Source of the DNA: an uncultured Flavobacteriaceae bacterium
Lineage (GTDB): Bacteria > Bacteroidota > Bacteroidia > Flavobacteriales > Flavobacteriaceae
Direction of reading: 5' to 3'
Assembly (NCBI GenBank): GCA_913052585.1
Contig: CAJXEB010000004.1
Span: 2,621 to 66,620, forward strand
DNA: 64,000 nt
This document shows, one piece after another, positions 1 to 10,313 of the stretch. A program made the translations under genes and the position numbers. Each line of letters opens with the position of its first letter. Within the stretch, counting starts at the first letter, position 1. The notes under the pieces are model-generated. The model was not told where the DNA came from. It saw only the letters and a list, made by a program, of their open reading frames with translations, and made no database searches.

Positions 1-207
1 ACAATTCAAATTGTAAAAGAATTACAAGAAGTTTTAAATACTGAAGATGTCGCCTGCATAATAGATGCAAAACACTTATGTGTTAATTCTCGTGGAATTC
101 GTGATATTGACAGCAGCACCATAACAAGTGAATTTGGCGGAATATTTAAAAAGACAGAAACCCGAAGAGAGTTTTTAGATTATATAAAGTTAAGTACCGT
201 CTTTTAG
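1..207 (+). CDS. folE: GTP cyclohydrolase I, 3' end (truncated by the window edge)
   Basis: Frame 1 reads TIQIVKELQEVLNTEDVACIIDAKHLCVNSRGIRD...REFLDYIKLSTVF*. HLC..SRG is the FolE C-terminal motif, and the gene precedes cysS. Confidence 0.9.
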   Translation, partial: TIQIVKELQEVLNTEDVACIIDAKHLCVNSRGIRDIDSSTITSEFGGIFKKTETRREFLDYIKLSTVF

Positions 208-256
208 AAAATACTCCTCTTTAGTGAAAATAAATACCTAATAGATTCTATAATAA

Positions 257-1741
257 ATGAAACTTTTCGAGCAACAAGAATTATACATATATAATTCAAT
301 TTCAAAGACAAAAGAAAAATTTACTTCAATAAACGATAGCTCTATTGGAATGTATGTTTGTGGACCAACCGTTTATAGCAATGTGCATTTAGGAAATTGC
401 CGTACTTTTTTGTCTTTTGATTTGGTATTTCGTTATTTAAAGCATTTGGACTATAAAGTTCGTTATGTTCGAAACATTACAGATGCAGGTCATTTAGAAA
501 ACGATGCAGATAGTGGCGAGGATCGTATTGCTAAAAAAGCAAGAATTGAAATGGTAGAGCCTATGGAAATCGTTCAACGATATACTGTTGATTTCCATCA
601 AACAATGGCGAAATTTAATGCACTCCCACCAAGCATTGAACCCACTGCTACTGGACATATCATTGAACAGATTGAAATTATTGAAAAAATTATTTCTGAA
701 GGTTTTGCATATGTCGTAAATGGTTCGGTTTATTTTGATGTACATAAATTCAACGAGACTCATTCTTACGGAAAACTAAGCGGAAGAAATTTAGAAGACA
801 TGGTAGCTAATACTCGTGATTTAGCTACTCAAACCGATAAAAAAAATCCACAAGATTTTGCTCTTTGGAAAAAAGCAGAACCTGTGCACATTATGCGTTG
901 GTCATCACCTTGGAGCGATGGATTTCCTGGCTGGCACCTAGAATGTACCGCAATGAGCACTAAATATCTAGGCAATCATTTTGATATTCATGGTGGAGGA
1001 ATGGATTTAAAATTTCCACACCATGAATGTGAAATTGCACAATCTGAAGCTGCTTTAAAAACCAATCCAGTAAATTATTGGATGCATGCCAACATGCTTA
1101 CTCTTAATGGTAAAAAAATGGCGAAATCAACAGGGAATAATATTTTACCTCACGAAATATTTTCTGGCGACAACACTATACTAAGCAAAGCTTTTTCACC
1201 TTCAGTGGCTAAGTTTTTTATGTATCAAGCAAATTACAGAAGCATACTTGATTTTTCTAATGAAGCATTATTAGCTTCCGAAAAAGGTTTTAATAGATTG
1301 ATGGAAGCTTATAAAATACTTTCAGAAATAGCACCTTCCGAAAAAAATGAATTTGACTCTTCTGTTTGGAGACAATCTTGTTATAACGCAATGAATGATG
1401 ATTTTAATAGCCCAATTTTAATAGCTCAATTATTTGAAGCAGTAAAAGTTATCAATCTAGCTAAAGAAGGAAAAACACAATTAGATAAAGAAAATATTGA
1501 TGTCATTAAAAAAACAATGCACGATTTTATTTTTGATGTTTTGGCTTTAGAAGAAAGCAATGCAAATAATGCGAGTGATGATAATAAGTTATCAGATGCT
1601 ATTAATATATTAATAGAACTTAGAAATCAAGCACGTCACAACAAAGATTTTTCCACTAGTGATTTAATCCGTGACCAATTAAAAGAGGTGGGCATTAACT
1701 TAAAAGACGGGAAAGACGGCACATCTTTTTCTTTAAATTAG
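257..1741 (+). CDS. cysS: Cysteine--tRNA ligase
   Basis: [13 protein letters not shown] (HIGH-like), [27 protein letters not shown]. Confidence 0.98.
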   Translation: MKLFEQQELYIYNSISKTKEKFTSINDSSIGMYVCGPTVYSNVHLGNCRTFLSFDLVFRYLKHLDYKVRYVRNITDAGHLENDADSGEDRIAKKARIEMVEPMEIVQRYTVDFHQTMAKFNALPPSIEPTATGHIIEQIEIIEKIISEGFAYVVNGSVYFDVHKFNETHSYGKLSGRNLEDMVANTRDLATQTDKKNPQDFALWKKAEPVHIMRWSSPWSDGFPGWHLECTAMSTKYLGNHFDIHGGGMDLKFPHHECEIAQSEAALKTNPVNYWMHANMLTLNGKKMAKSTGNNILPHEIFSGDNTILSKAFSPSVAKFFMYQANYRSILDFSNEALLASEKGFNRLMEAYKILSEIAPSEKNEFDSSVWRQSCYNAMNDDFNSPILIAQLFEAVKVINLAKEGKTQLDKENIDVIKKTMHDFIFDVLALEESNANNASDDNKLSDAINILIELRNQARHNKDFSTSDLIRDQLKEVGINLKDGKDGTSFSLN

Positions 1742-1783
1742 TTAAAAATTCTCTACAATAAATAGTTTAAATTTAAATCTAGA

Positions 1784-2029
1784 ATGAGAAATATTCTAAC
1801 GTATCCTTTTGTTTTGTTGATCAAGGGATATCAATTATTAATTTCTCCTTTATTACCATCAACGTGTAGATACGATCCAACTTGTTCCCATTACGCTATA
1901 GAAGCACTTCAAAAACATGGCTTTTTAAAAGGCGGTTGGTTAGCAATTAAACGTATTGGCAGTTGTCATCCTTGGGGCGGTTCTGGTTACAATCCTGTTC
2001 CTGAAAAAGATAAAAAGCAATCACATTAA
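1784..2029 (+). CDS. yidD: Membrane protein insertion efficiency factor
   Basis: [28 protein letters not shown] signature. Confidence 0.95.
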   Translation: MRNILTYPFVLLIKGYQLLISPLLPSTCRYDPTCSHYAIEALQKHGFLKGGWLAIKRIGSCHPWGGSGYNPVPEKDKKQSH

Positions 2030-2077
2030 GTATTGCTTTACTTATATTTACAATTCTAATTTTATATAAAATATTTT

Positions 2078-2905
2078 ATGCAAGTATTAAGTTTTGTTTG
2101 GGATCCATCTCCAGGAATTGATTTAGGTTTTTTTATGATCAGGTATTACAGCCTAATGTTTGTAATAGCATTTTCTATAGGTTGGTTTTTAACTAAAAGA
2201 ATTTTTAAGAACGAAAGACAATCCGATGATAAAATGGACAGTCTTTTTATTTATGTAGTTCTAGCAACTTTAGTTGGTGCTCGACTAGGTCATGTGTTTT
2301 TTTATCAACCAGAATTATTAAAAGATGATTTCCTTTCAGTATTTCTTCCTTTTAGTTTTAAAAACGGTTTTGAGTTTACAGGCTTTAGAGGATTAGCAAG
2401 TCATGGTGCTGCAATAGGAATTATAGCTGCGATGTATTTTTACAGTAAAAAAGTACTTAAAAAACCTATACTATGGATACTTGACAGAATTGTGATTGCA
2501 GTTGCAAGTGGAGCAATTTTTGTAAGAATAGGAAATTTTATTAATTCTGAAATAATAGGAAAAGCAACAAATAGTGATTTTGGGGTTGTATTTAAGCAAT
2601 TAGGAGAGGATTTCCCTAGGCACCCTGCTCAATTATACGAATCGTTTTGTTACATTTTTGTTTTTGCCACACTTTACTATTTGTATTGGAAAACCAGTAA
2701 AAGTAAACAAATGGGGTATTTACTAGGAATGTTCTTAGTGTTGCTTTGGACAGTGCGTTTCTTTGTCGAATTTGTAAAAGAAGCTCAGGTAGACGAAAGA
2801 GCAGAATGGGCTTTAAATACTGGACAATGGTTAAGTATTCCTTTTATAGTTATTGGTGTCTATTTAATGATTTCGTCACCTAAAAGACCTGTTCCAAATG
2901 AATAA
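2078..2905 (+). CDS. lgt: Prolipoprotein diacylglyceryl transferase
   Basis: GARLGH, GLASHG, RIGNFINSE, RHPAQLYE, RFFVEF motifs. Confidence 0.97.
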   Translation: MQVLSFVWDPSPGIDLGFFMIRYYSLMFVIAFSIGWFLTKRIFKNERQSDDKMDSLFIYVVLATLVGARLGHVFFYQPELLKDDFLSVFLPFSFKNGFEFTGFRGLASHGAAIGIIAAMYFYSKKVLKKPILWILDRIVIAVASGAIFVRIGNFINSEIIGKATNSDFGVVFKQLGEDFPRHPAQLYESFCYIFVFATLYYLYWKTSKSKQMGYLLGMFLVLLWTVRFFVEFVKEAQVDERAEWALNTGQWLSIPFIVIGVYLMISSPKRPVPNE

Positions 2906-3383
2906 ATTATTTTATATCATTTCTGTCATTACTATTCTTGTTTTTTCTCAATCATGCAAGGAAAAAAAAAAGCAATCGATCTCAATTACCAAAGAGATTA
3001 TCTTTAAAAAAGAAGGGGAATTGCTTTTAAAAAAAGCAGAAACAGACTCTGTAATAAAAAGGTTAGATATTGAAATTGCTGAAACGGAATACGAAACCCA
3101 AACAGGCTTAATGTATCGACATATAATGGAGAATAATCAAGCTATGTTATTTGTTTTCAAGAATGAACAACCTCGTTCCTTCTACATGAAAAATACCGAG
3201 TTTTCTTTAGATATTATTTACATAAATAACAAAAAAGAAATAGTAAGTATTCAAAAAAATACAAAGCCTTATGACGAGGTTTCTTTGCCTTCTAATGCTC
3301 CTGTATTATATGTATTAGAAATTAATGGTGGTCTTTCTGATTCTTGGGGGATAAAAACGGGTGATGTTATTGAATGGAAATAA
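2898..3383 (+). CDS. DUF192 family lipoprotein
   Basis: Signal peptide with SQSC; EIA..GLMYR..MLFVF..FYMKNT..LDII..VLEING pattern. Confidence 0.85.
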   Translation: MNKLFYIISVITILVFSQSCKEKKKQSISITKEIIFKKEGELLLKKAETDSVIKRLDIEIAETEYETQTGLMYRHIMENNQAMLFVFKNEQPRSFYMKNTEFSLDIIYINNKKEIVSIQKNTKPYDEVSLPSNAPVLYVLEINGGLSDSWGIKTGDVIEWK

Positions 3384-3430
3384 AGAAACTATAAGATTAA
3401 AAATGTGTTTGTTTTCTATCTTTCTTACTA

Positions 3431-4954
3431 TTAATTAATTTTATAAATAACCGTAAAAGTATAGCTGTTTCTAATATTGTTAATAGAGGCCGAATCAGTT
3501 AAACCAACATTACAAAGTTGTAGCGCTCCTTTTTGTTGAATCCTAGAATAGGAAAAATCAAGACTATAGCTACCTAAATAAAATCCAAATCCACCAGAAT
3601 AGCCTGTTAAATCCTCTCTTGCTGTACTGTTATTATATGGGCTTTCTTCATATTGATACCCACCTCTTAAACTCATTCTATTAATCCTATATTCTCCACC
3701 TATTTTTATAGCTGATGAGCCTTTTAATTGATTCTCTGCTGCTATATTTTGAGTTGCAAAACTTGGATCTTGAGATGGACTAAATCTTATGGACGAATAA
3801 TCTTTATAAGAATAATCAATACTTATTAATCCATTTTTTCCAAAAATAAAAGCACCACTTGCAGCTATCTTCCATGGTGTTTTTATTTCGTATTTACGAA
3901 AAACATTTACAATCCGAGGATTTATATATTCATTATAAACAACACCTTCTACTTCTCTAGTAGTTTCTAAAATCTGAGTAGTTTCTTCATAAATATTATA
4001 CCAAATTGGAGTGTCGTATGTAAACCCTAACCTTAATAAATTAGTCACTTTTGCAATTGCTCCAAATTGAGCTGAAAAACCTCCACCATAAGCATATAAG
4101 TCATTCTGAAAACCAACATAATTTACTAAACTTCCGGAGTTATTATTAGTTTCATTCAAGAAAGTACTTTGTCTATAATTAAAATTATTACTATTTAAAT
4201 TTATTCCTATAGAGATAATATTATTGATTTCTGTAGCAAAATTAAATGTATACTTCCTATTATGACCTCCTGAGCTATAAGCATATCTTTGATTAAAACT
4301 TCCTGGCGCTATATTAGAATAGTATTGTGTGTTTTCTGGGTTTTCTGCATCGATGGGATCAATAACAAATCCGTGGTACCCTAAAAAAGCATTTTGGGCC
4401 GACACACCCTCATTGACTCCAAGATATCCATAAAGACTAGAAGTGGTTTCATTTTCTTGTAATTGCAACAAGTCCAAGGACACTCCGTTTGCTTGCGCTA
4501 CAAAGAACTCTCCGATTGAAGCATTTCCAGTTCCCGCTATAAAAACATCATCATCGTAGTTATTTGAAGCTATATAATTAAAACCTAATGAAAATTTCTT
4601 AAAAACCGACCCCTTATTAGGATTGGTAAAAGGAAACACAAACCCTGCCTGATTAAACTTTAAGTTGGTAGATGAAGCTTCGGTATTGGTGCCAAAGTAA
4701 TTTGATTTATTTTTTTTATCAACTACAGAAAGTGTTACAGAACCAGCACTATTTATAAAAACTGCACTTCCAGCAGGATTAATAGCTATGGATGAAATAT
4801 CTCCACCCAATGCTCCAAACGCTCCGCTTAAAGCATTAAATCGAGCTGTACCATTTAAATTTTCAGTCGAATAACGAAGTGCATCTATTAAATTTTGTGA
4901 TTGAATACTGGTAATAGAAATTATTGTTATCAATAAGAAATAAAATCTTTTCAT
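3431..4954 (-). CDS. OmpP1/FadL-family outer-membrane beta-barrel
   Basis: Signal peptide, GTARF.ALSGAFGALGGD.S...NPAG N-terminal motif, amphipathic strands. Confidence 0.8.
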   Translation of the reverse strand: MKRFYFLLITIISITSIQSQNLIDALRYSTENLNGTARFNALSGAFGALGGDISSIAINPAGSAVFINSAGSVTLSVVDKKNKSNYFGTNTEASSTNLKFNQAGFVFPFTNPNKGSVFKKFSLGFNYIASNNYDDDVFIAGTGNASIGEFFVAQANGVSLDLLQLQENETTSSLYGYLGVNEGVSAQNAFLGYHGFVIDPIDAENPENTQYYSNIAPGSFNQRYAYSSGGHNRKYTFNFATEINNIISIGINLNSNNFNYRQSTFLNETNNNSGSLVNYVGFQNDLYAYGGGFSAQFGAIAKVTNLLRLGFTYDTPIWYNIYEETTQILETTREVEGVVYNEYINPRIVNVFRKYEIKTPWKIAASGAFIFGKNGLISIDYSYKDYSSIRFSPSQDPSFATQNIAAENQLKGSSAIKIGGEYRINRMSLRGGYQYEESPYNNSTAREDLTGYSGGFGFYLGSYSLDFSYSRIQQKGALQLCNVGLTDSASINNIRNSYTFTVIYKIN

Positions 4955-4975
4955 ATAAACAAAAACTAAATAATA

Positions 4976-6085
4976 TTATATTCCTCCACGTCTTCCGCCT
5001 CCACCTCTAGATCCGCCACTACTGCGTGAACTGCCGCTACTACGCGAATTACTTCTAGATCCTCCATATGAAGCACTTGGCCTAGTATTCGTACTTCGTC
5101 TAGTAGTAGTATTTCGTTTAGTATTCGTACTTCGTCTAGTAGTAGTATTTCGTTTAGTATTCGAACTTGGTCTAGTAGTAGTATTTGATCTTCGGGTTGT
5201 ATTACCTCTTGAAGAAGAATTTCCTTGATAACTTGGTTTTGTTGAAGGCCTTATTCTGCTATTAGTAGCTCCAGATCTTCTACTAGATTCTGATCTAGAA
5301 TAAGAACCCCCTCTTCTTGAATTATTTGTTCCAAAACTACTTGAGTATCCATTATTATTACCTCTTCTATTATAACTATTAGTATTGCTTCTTCCTCTTG
5401 AAGATGATCTTCCTGCTAAATAATCTGTATTGCTTCTTCCTCTATTGTATGCATAACCATATCCGCCTCCACCGTAAAAACCTCCGCCATAATGTCCTCC
5501 GCCATAATGTCCTCCACCGTAAAATCCTCCACCGTAAAATCCTCCACCGTAAAATCCTCCATAACCATAATAAGGGTAACCCCATCCAAATCCAATACCC
5601 AAGCCACCATAATATGGGTAACCCCATCCAAATCCAATACCCCAACCACCATTATAGGGAGTATATCCATACCCTCCATACACATTTATAGAAACTTCAG
5701 TAGAATTAGTGCCCCAAGCTCCATTGCCTTCATTGCCTTCATTGTATTCTGCATTGTATTCTTGCTTTTCAGAAACAACATATCCTTCTTCATCAAGACT
5801 TTCAGTAGAATGATAAGCTTCAATATCTGTTAAAATAGCATCATCTTCAGGAATATCCTTGTAGGCTAATTCTTTTGTTTTAAAATATTGTTTATAATAA
5901 TTGTTCTTATCTTCTTCTGCAGTTGTTTCTTCAGCTACTAAATTGTTTTGATTTGATGAGTATATTCCATCTGCTTCATCATAATCGTTTTTATTATGGG
6001 TTCCACAAGAAGTTATTAATAAGAATACAAATCCAATTAGTAATAATGGATTTAAGTTTTTAAAAGAAAGAATAAAGGTTTTCAT
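4976..6085 (-). CDS. Lipoprotein with Gly/Tyr/Trp-rich repeats and an Arg/Ser/Gly-rich low-complexity tail
   Basis: Lipobox LITS-C, D-G-I-Y motif, acidic N-half, GGFYG repeats, C-terminal SRGGGGRRGG. Confidence 0.75.
   Translation of the reverse strand: MKTFILSFKNLNPLLLIGFVFLLITSCGTHNKNDYDEADGIYSSNQNNLVAEETTAEEDKNNYYKQYFKTKELAYKDIPEDDAILTDIEAYHSTESLDEEGYVVSEKQEYNAEYNEGNEGNGAWGTNSTEVSINVYGGYGYTPYNGGWGIGFGWGYPYYGGLGIGFGWGYPYYGYGGFYGGGFYGGGFYGGGHYGGGHYGGGFYGGGGYGYAYNRGRSNTDYLAGRSSSRGRSNTNSYNRRGNNNGYSSSFGTNNSRRGGSYSRSESSRRSGATNSRIRPSTKPSYQGNSSSRGNTTRRSNTTTRPSSNTKRNTTTRRSTNTKRNTTTRRSTNTRPSASYGGSRSNSRSSGSSRSSGGSRGGGGRRGGI
5083..5186. repeat. 36-bp tandem repeat x3 (third copy diverged), encoding (K)RNTTTRRSTNT units
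   Basis: tagtattcgtacttcgtctagtagtagtatttcgtt at 5083 and 5119; variant at 5155. Confidence 0.9.
5466..5560. repeat. 15-bp tandem repeat x6 encoding GG(F/H)YG
   Basis: cctcc(a/g)cc(g/a)taa.. units starting at 5466, 5481, 5496, 5511, 5526, 5541. Confidence 0.9.
5565..5648. repeat. 42-bp tandem duplication encoding G(W/L)GIGFGWGYPYYG
   Basis: Two near-identical units at 5565 and 5607. Confidence 0.9.
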
Positions 6086-6188
6086 AACAATAGCAATTTA
6101 ATTGTTGGACATTATAAATTTAGTTAGTTTTGCCGAGAACTAAAACATTTTTAACACTAAATACAATATTTGTGCCAAACACACTGCT

Positions 6189-7661
6189 ATGGCTAAAAAT
6201 TTAACAAAGAGAAGCGAAGATTACTCAAAATGGTATAACGAACTGGTTATTAATGCTGATTTAGCAGAAAGTTCCGGTGTTAGAGGCTGTATGGTCATAA
6301 AGCCTTATGGCTTTTCTATCTGGGAGAAAATGCAAGCTGAATTAGATAGAATGTTCAAAGAAACTGGACATCAAAACGCTTATTTTCCACTTTTTATACC
6401 AAAATCTTATTTCAGTAAAGAAGCAAGTCATGTAGATGGTTTTGCAAAAGAATGTGCTATTGTAACACATTATAGACTAAGAGAAGATGGAAAAGGTGGG
6501 GTTGAAGTTGATCCTGACGCAAAATTAGAGGAAGAATTAATTGTTCGTCCAACATCTGAAACTATTATTTGGGATACTTATAGAAAATGGATTCAATCTT
6601 ATAGAGATTTACCTTTATTAATAAATCAATGGGCTAATGTTGTTCGTTGGGAAATGAGAACAAGGTTATTTTTGCGTACTACTGAATTTTTATGGCAAGA
6701 AGGTCATACCGCACATGCAACTAAACAAGAAGCAATTGAAGAAACCGAACAAATGGTTAATATCTATGCTGAATTTGTAGAGAACTACATGGCAGTTCCT
6801 GTTATTAAAGGTTTAAAAACGGAAAGCGAACGATTTGCTGGAGCTATAGAAACGTATTGTATAGAAGCCTTAATGCAAGACGGAAAAGCACTACAAGCTG
6901 GAACTTCCCATTTTTTAGGTCAGAATTTTGCTAAAGCATTTGATGTTAAATTTACCGCTAAAGATGGCAAACAGGATTATGTTTGGGCAACTTCTTGGGG
7001 TGTATCTACACGTTTAATGGGAGCGCTTATTATGACCCATAGTGATGACAAAGGTCTAGTATTACCTCCAAAACTTGCTCCAGACCAAGTAGTAATTGTT
7101 CCTATTTATAGAAATGATGAACAATTTGACCTGGTAAGTGAAGTAGCTAAGGAAGTGATGAAAGAACTTCGATCAAAAGGTATTCGTGTTAAATTCGACA
7201 ATAGAGACACGTATAAGCCCGGTTGGAAATTTAATGAGTATGAGCTAAAAGGTGTACCAGTAAGATTGGCTATTGGCCCTAGAGACGTTGAAAACGGAAC
7301 ATTAGAACTTGCCAGAAGAGATACACTAACAAAAGAATCTATTTCGAGAGATAATGTAGCTTCTATTGTAGTCGATTTGATGGATGAAATTCAAAAAAAT
7401 CTTTATAACAAAGCTGCCAGTTTTAGAACTGAGAAAACCACTGAAGTAAGCACTTATGATGAGTTTAAAGAAGTACTAAACACCAAAGGCGGGTTTATAT
7501 TAGCTCATTGGGACGGCACAGCTGAAACGGAAGAACAAATAAAAAACGAAACAAAAGCAACTATTAGATGTATTCCTTTAGATGCAAAAGAAGAGATAGG
7601 AATATGTATGGTTACTGGTAAACCTTCGAATAAAAAAGTGCTTTTTGCAAAGGCGTATTAA
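6189..7661 (+). CDS. proS: Proline--tRNA ligase (eukaryote/archaeal-like type)
   Basis: [44 protein letters not shown]-terminal AKAY. Confidence 0.98.
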   Translation: MAKNLTKRSEDYSKWYNELVINADLAESSGVRGCMVIKPYGFSIWEKMQAELDRMFKETGHQNAYFPLFIPKSYFSKEASHVDGFAKECAIVTHYRLREDGKGGVEVDPDAKLEEELIVRPTSETIIWDTYRKWIQSYRDLPLLINQWANVVRWEMRTRLFLRTTEFLWQEGHTAHATKQEAIEETEQMVNIYAEFVENYMAVPVIKGLKTESERFAGAIETYCIEALMQDGKALQAGTSHFLGQNFAKAFDVKFTAKDGKQDYVWATSWGVSTRLMGALIMTHSDDKGLVLPPKLAPDQVVIVPIYRNDEQFDLVSEVAKEVMKELRSKGIRVKFDNRDTYKPGWKFNEYELKGVPVRLAIGPRDVENGTLELARRDTLTKESISRDNVASIVVDLMDEIQKNLYNKAASFRTEKTTEVSTYDEFKEVLNTKGGFILAHWDGTAETEEQIKNETKATIRCIPLDAKEEIGICMVTGKPSNKKVLFAKAY

Positions 7662-7709
7662 TTTATTTAAAAAAAGTTTACTTAAACTTGTTGCATTCAA
7701 AAATAATCG

Positions 7710-7717
7710 TATTTTTG
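7710..7717 (+). promoter_or_regulatory. Bacteroidota sigma-A -7 element upstream of tRNA-Glu/rpsT
   Basis: TATTTTTG matches TAnnTTTG, with TTG about 20 nt upstream. Confidence 0.6.
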
Positions 7718-7738
7718 CATCCGCAATTAAAAATTAAT

Positions 7739-7810
7739 GGTCCGTTCGTCTAGGGGTTAGGACGCCAGGTTTTCATCCTGGTAACAGGGGTTCGATTCCC
7801 CTACGGACTA
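7739..7810 (+). tRNA. tRNA-Glu (TTC), CCA not encoded
   Basis: Acceptor GGTCCGT/ACGGACT, anticodon arm CCAGG-TTTTCAT-CCTGG, T arm AGGGG-TTCGATT-CCCCT. Confidence 0.97.
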
Positions 7811-7837
7811 CAAAAAATAAGAATTAAAAACAACACA

Positions 7838-8089
7838 ATGGCGAATCATAAGTCAGCATTAAAAAGAATTAGAAATAGCGAAGTTAAACGTTTACGTAAT
7901 CGTTATCAACACAAAACAACTCGTAACGCAATGAAGAAATTCGTTGAAACTTCAGATAAGAAGGAAGCCGAGGGATTATTTCCTGGTGTAATTTCTATGA
8001 TCGATAAGTTAGCTAAGAAAAATGTTATTCATAATAACAAAGCATCTAACTTGAAGTCAAATATGACAAAACACATTGCTTCTTTATAG
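7838..8089 (+). CDS. rpsT: 30S ribosomal protein S20
   Basis: MANHKSALKRIR...IDKLAKKNVIHNNKA. Confidence 0.98.
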   Translation: MANHKSALKRIRNSEVKRLRNRYQHKTTRNAMKKFVETSDKKEAEGLFPGVISMIDKLAKKNVIHNNKASNLKSNMTKHIASL

Positions 8090-8112
8090 TAGTAATTTGT
8101 TTTAAAGTTTAC

Positions 8113-8151
8113 AAAAAAAACTCCTTTAGGATTTCCTGAAGGAGTTTTTTT
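8113..8151. terminator. Bidirectional intrinsic terminator (rpsT/coaD)
   Basis: A8-ctcctttagg-attt-cctgaaggag-T7 between convergent genes. Confidence 0.85.
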
Positions 8152-8155
8152 GTGT

Positions 8156-8608
8156 TTATATTAAAACGCTTCTAGGAACTAAACCCCTATAATCCCCTCC
8201 ATTACGAATAACATCTCGCACTATAGATGAAGAAATATTTGACACATTAGGAGTACAAACTAAAAATACACTTTCAATTTTGGAAAGAGATGAATTTGTT
8301 TGTGCAATGGATTGTTCGTAGGTGAAATCAGTACTGTTTCTTAATCCTCGAAGAATAAATCCTGCATTTACAGTCTTACAAAAATCTACTGTTAATCCTT
8401 TATAGGTAGAAACTTTAATTCGTGGTTCATTTTTAAAAGCATTTTCGATATGTAGTTTCCTGTCTTCTAATGAAAACATATATTTTTTATCAGCATTTAC
8501 TCCAATAGCAATTATAACTTCATCGAAAAGATCCAATCCTCTTTTTATAATATCTAGGTGTCCTAATGTAATTGGATCGAATGAACCTGGAAATACAGCT
8601 TTTTTCAT
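8156..8608 (-). CDS. coaD: Phosphopantetheine adenylyltransferase
   Basis: AVFPGSFDPITLGH, RGLR, ISSSIVR; ATG at 8608 preferred as start. Confidence 0.97.
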   Translation of the reverse strand: MKKAVFPGSFDPITLGHLDIIKRGLDLFDEVIIAIGVNADKKYMFSLEDRKLHIENAFKNEPRIKVSTYKGLTVDFCKTVNAGFILRGLRNSTDFTYEQSIAQTNSSLSKIESVFLVCTPNVSNISSSIVRDVIRNGGDYRGLVPRSVLI

Positions 8609-8626
8609 AAACAAATGTAAATTATT

Positions 8627-9604
8627 TTATTTTAACACATTTTGTATCAGAATATCAAAAAACGCTGTTAGTGTTAATCCAAATTCTTTTACTTGTTTTG
8701 GGATTATGCTTTCTTTTGATATTCCAGGGTTCGTGTTTATTTCTAAAAAATAAGGAACCCCATCTTGAATAATAAACTCGCTTCTAGTAACCCCTTTCAT
8801 ATTGAGCAATTTATATATTCTTTTAGTTTCAGTCCTGATTATTTCTGCTTCAGTTTCTGAAATTCGAGCAGGTGTAATTTCATCGGATTTGCCTAGATAT
8901 TTGGCCTCATAATCAAAAAAATCTGTTTCAGAAACAATTTCTGTTAGTGGCAAAACAATAATTTCTTCTTGATTATTAAAAACACCAACAGATACTTCAA
9001 CTCCTTCAATAGCTTTTTCTATAATAATTTCAGAATCTTCTTTAAATGCTTTTTTAATAGCAAGATCTAATTCTCCTTTTTCATAAACTTTACTAATTCC
9101 AAAACTAGAACCAGCCCTATTGGGCTTTACAAAACAAGGAAGCCCTACCGTTTTTAAAATTTCAGATTTAGAATAACTTTCGTCTTGGTTAATATAAAAA
9201 GAAGAAGCGCATATAACACCAAAACCTTTTAAAACAGAAAGGCAATCTCTTTTATTGAAACTAAGTGCTGCTTGATAAAATTCGCTGCTCGTTTGAGGTA
9301 TTCCGATTAAAGATAAATATGCTTGTAGGTAACCGTCTTCTCCTGGAGTACCATGTATAGTATTGAACACTGCATCTGGAATTATAGTTTCATTACCATT
9401 AGAAAAACTAAAATCCCCTTTATTGATTGTATATTTTTCGCCTTCAGGCGAGATGTAATTCCAACCTTCTTTTAGTATGTGAATGGGATAAATAAAATAT
9501 TTGTTAGTATCCAAAAACTCACAAACAACACCCCCACTTCCTAATGAAATTTCAAATTCACTGGAATAACCTCCCATTACAACAGCAATATGCTTTTTAT
9601 TCAT
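8627..9604 (-). CDS. ddl: D-alanine--D-alanine ligase
   Basis: GG.SSE..IS, HGTPGEDG, VKP..GSSFG, FDYEAKY, LEINTNPG. Confidence 0.95.
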   Translation of the reverse strand: MNKKHIAVVMGGYSSEFEISLGSGGVVCEFLDTNKYFIYPIHILKEGWNYISPEGEKYTINKGDFSFSNGNETIIPDAVFNTIHGTPGEDGYLQAYLSLIGIPQTSSEFYQAALSFNKRDCLSVLKGFGVICASSFYINQDESYSKSEILKTVGLPCFVKPNRAGSSFGISKVYEKGELDLAIKKAFKEDSEIIIEKAIEGVEVSVGVFNNQEEIIVLPLTEIVSETDFFDYEAKYLGKSDEITPARISETEAEIIRTETKRIYKLLNMKGVTRSEFIIQDGVPYFLEINTNPGISKESIIPKQVKEFGLTLTAFFDILIQNVLK

Positions 9605-9701
9605 AACAATTTATTAAAAGCTACTTTTAACAAAAATATCATTATTCATTTATAAAGATACTAACTTTAGGTTTTATATTTTTGCAAAATAACTACAGGC
9701 T

Positions 9702-10313
9702 ATGACATTTATTAAATTTTTATTTACCAAAGTATTTTTAAAACAATTATTTATAGCAGTTATTGTATTGTTAGGGTTAACTTTTGTTATTCTATTTTGG
9801 TTAAAATCTACAACCAATCACGATCAAAAGATAGAAGTTCCAAATCTGGCAAAAATGAGTTTGGATGTTGTAGAAGACAAATTAGATGAAATAGACTTAC
9901 GATTTGAGGTTTTAGATTCTTCTAATTATAATCCTGATTTTCCAAAATATTCTGTGATTGAGCAAATTCCAAAAGCAGGAGAATTTGTGAAAGAAAATCG
10001 TAAAATTTATCTTACTTTAAATAGATCGGGTTATGTGTTTTTAAAAATTCCTGAAGTGGTTGGAAAAACGAGAAGGCAAGCAGAACCTACTTTAATATCT
10101 ATGGGTTTCGAAATAGGAAGAATAACTTATAAACCCTACATTGCTCTGGATGAAGTTTTAGAAATAAGCCATAAAGGAAAAAAACTAAATCCTAGTGACG
10201 AACTTCAAAAAACTTCCGTGATAGACTTAATTCTAGGTGATGGAGAAGGGGGACTTAAAAGACAATCAGAAAATTCAGAAAAAGAAATACAAAACGAAGA
10301 TGGAGGAAAATAA
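9702..10313 (+). CDS. PASTA domain-containing membrane protein
   Basis: N-terminal TM, T.H....VPNL, VIEQ.P..G..VK..R.IYLT, second IPEVVG repeat. Confidence 0.85.
   Translation: MTFIKFLFTKVFLKQLFIAVIVLLGLTFVILFWLKSTTNHDQKIEVPNLAKMSLDVVEDKLDEIDLRFEVLDSSNYNPDFPKYSVIEQIPKAGEFVKENRKIYLTLNRSGYVFLKIPEVVGKTRRQAEPTLISMGFEIGRITYKPYIALDEVLEISHKGKKLNPSDELQKTSVIDLILGDGEGGLKRQSENSEKEIQNEDGGK

Noticed and set aside
5466-5648. Possible CRISPR-like array
   Set aside because: The units are contiguous with no unique spacers, are in-frame coding, and no cas genes are present.
5398-5833. Four overlapping repetitive ORFs (5398+, 5416-, 5442-, 5492+), one resembling a Trp/Arg-rich antimicrobial peptide
   Set aside because: They are alternative-frame readings of the tandem repeats in the lipoprotein gene and have no independent start context.
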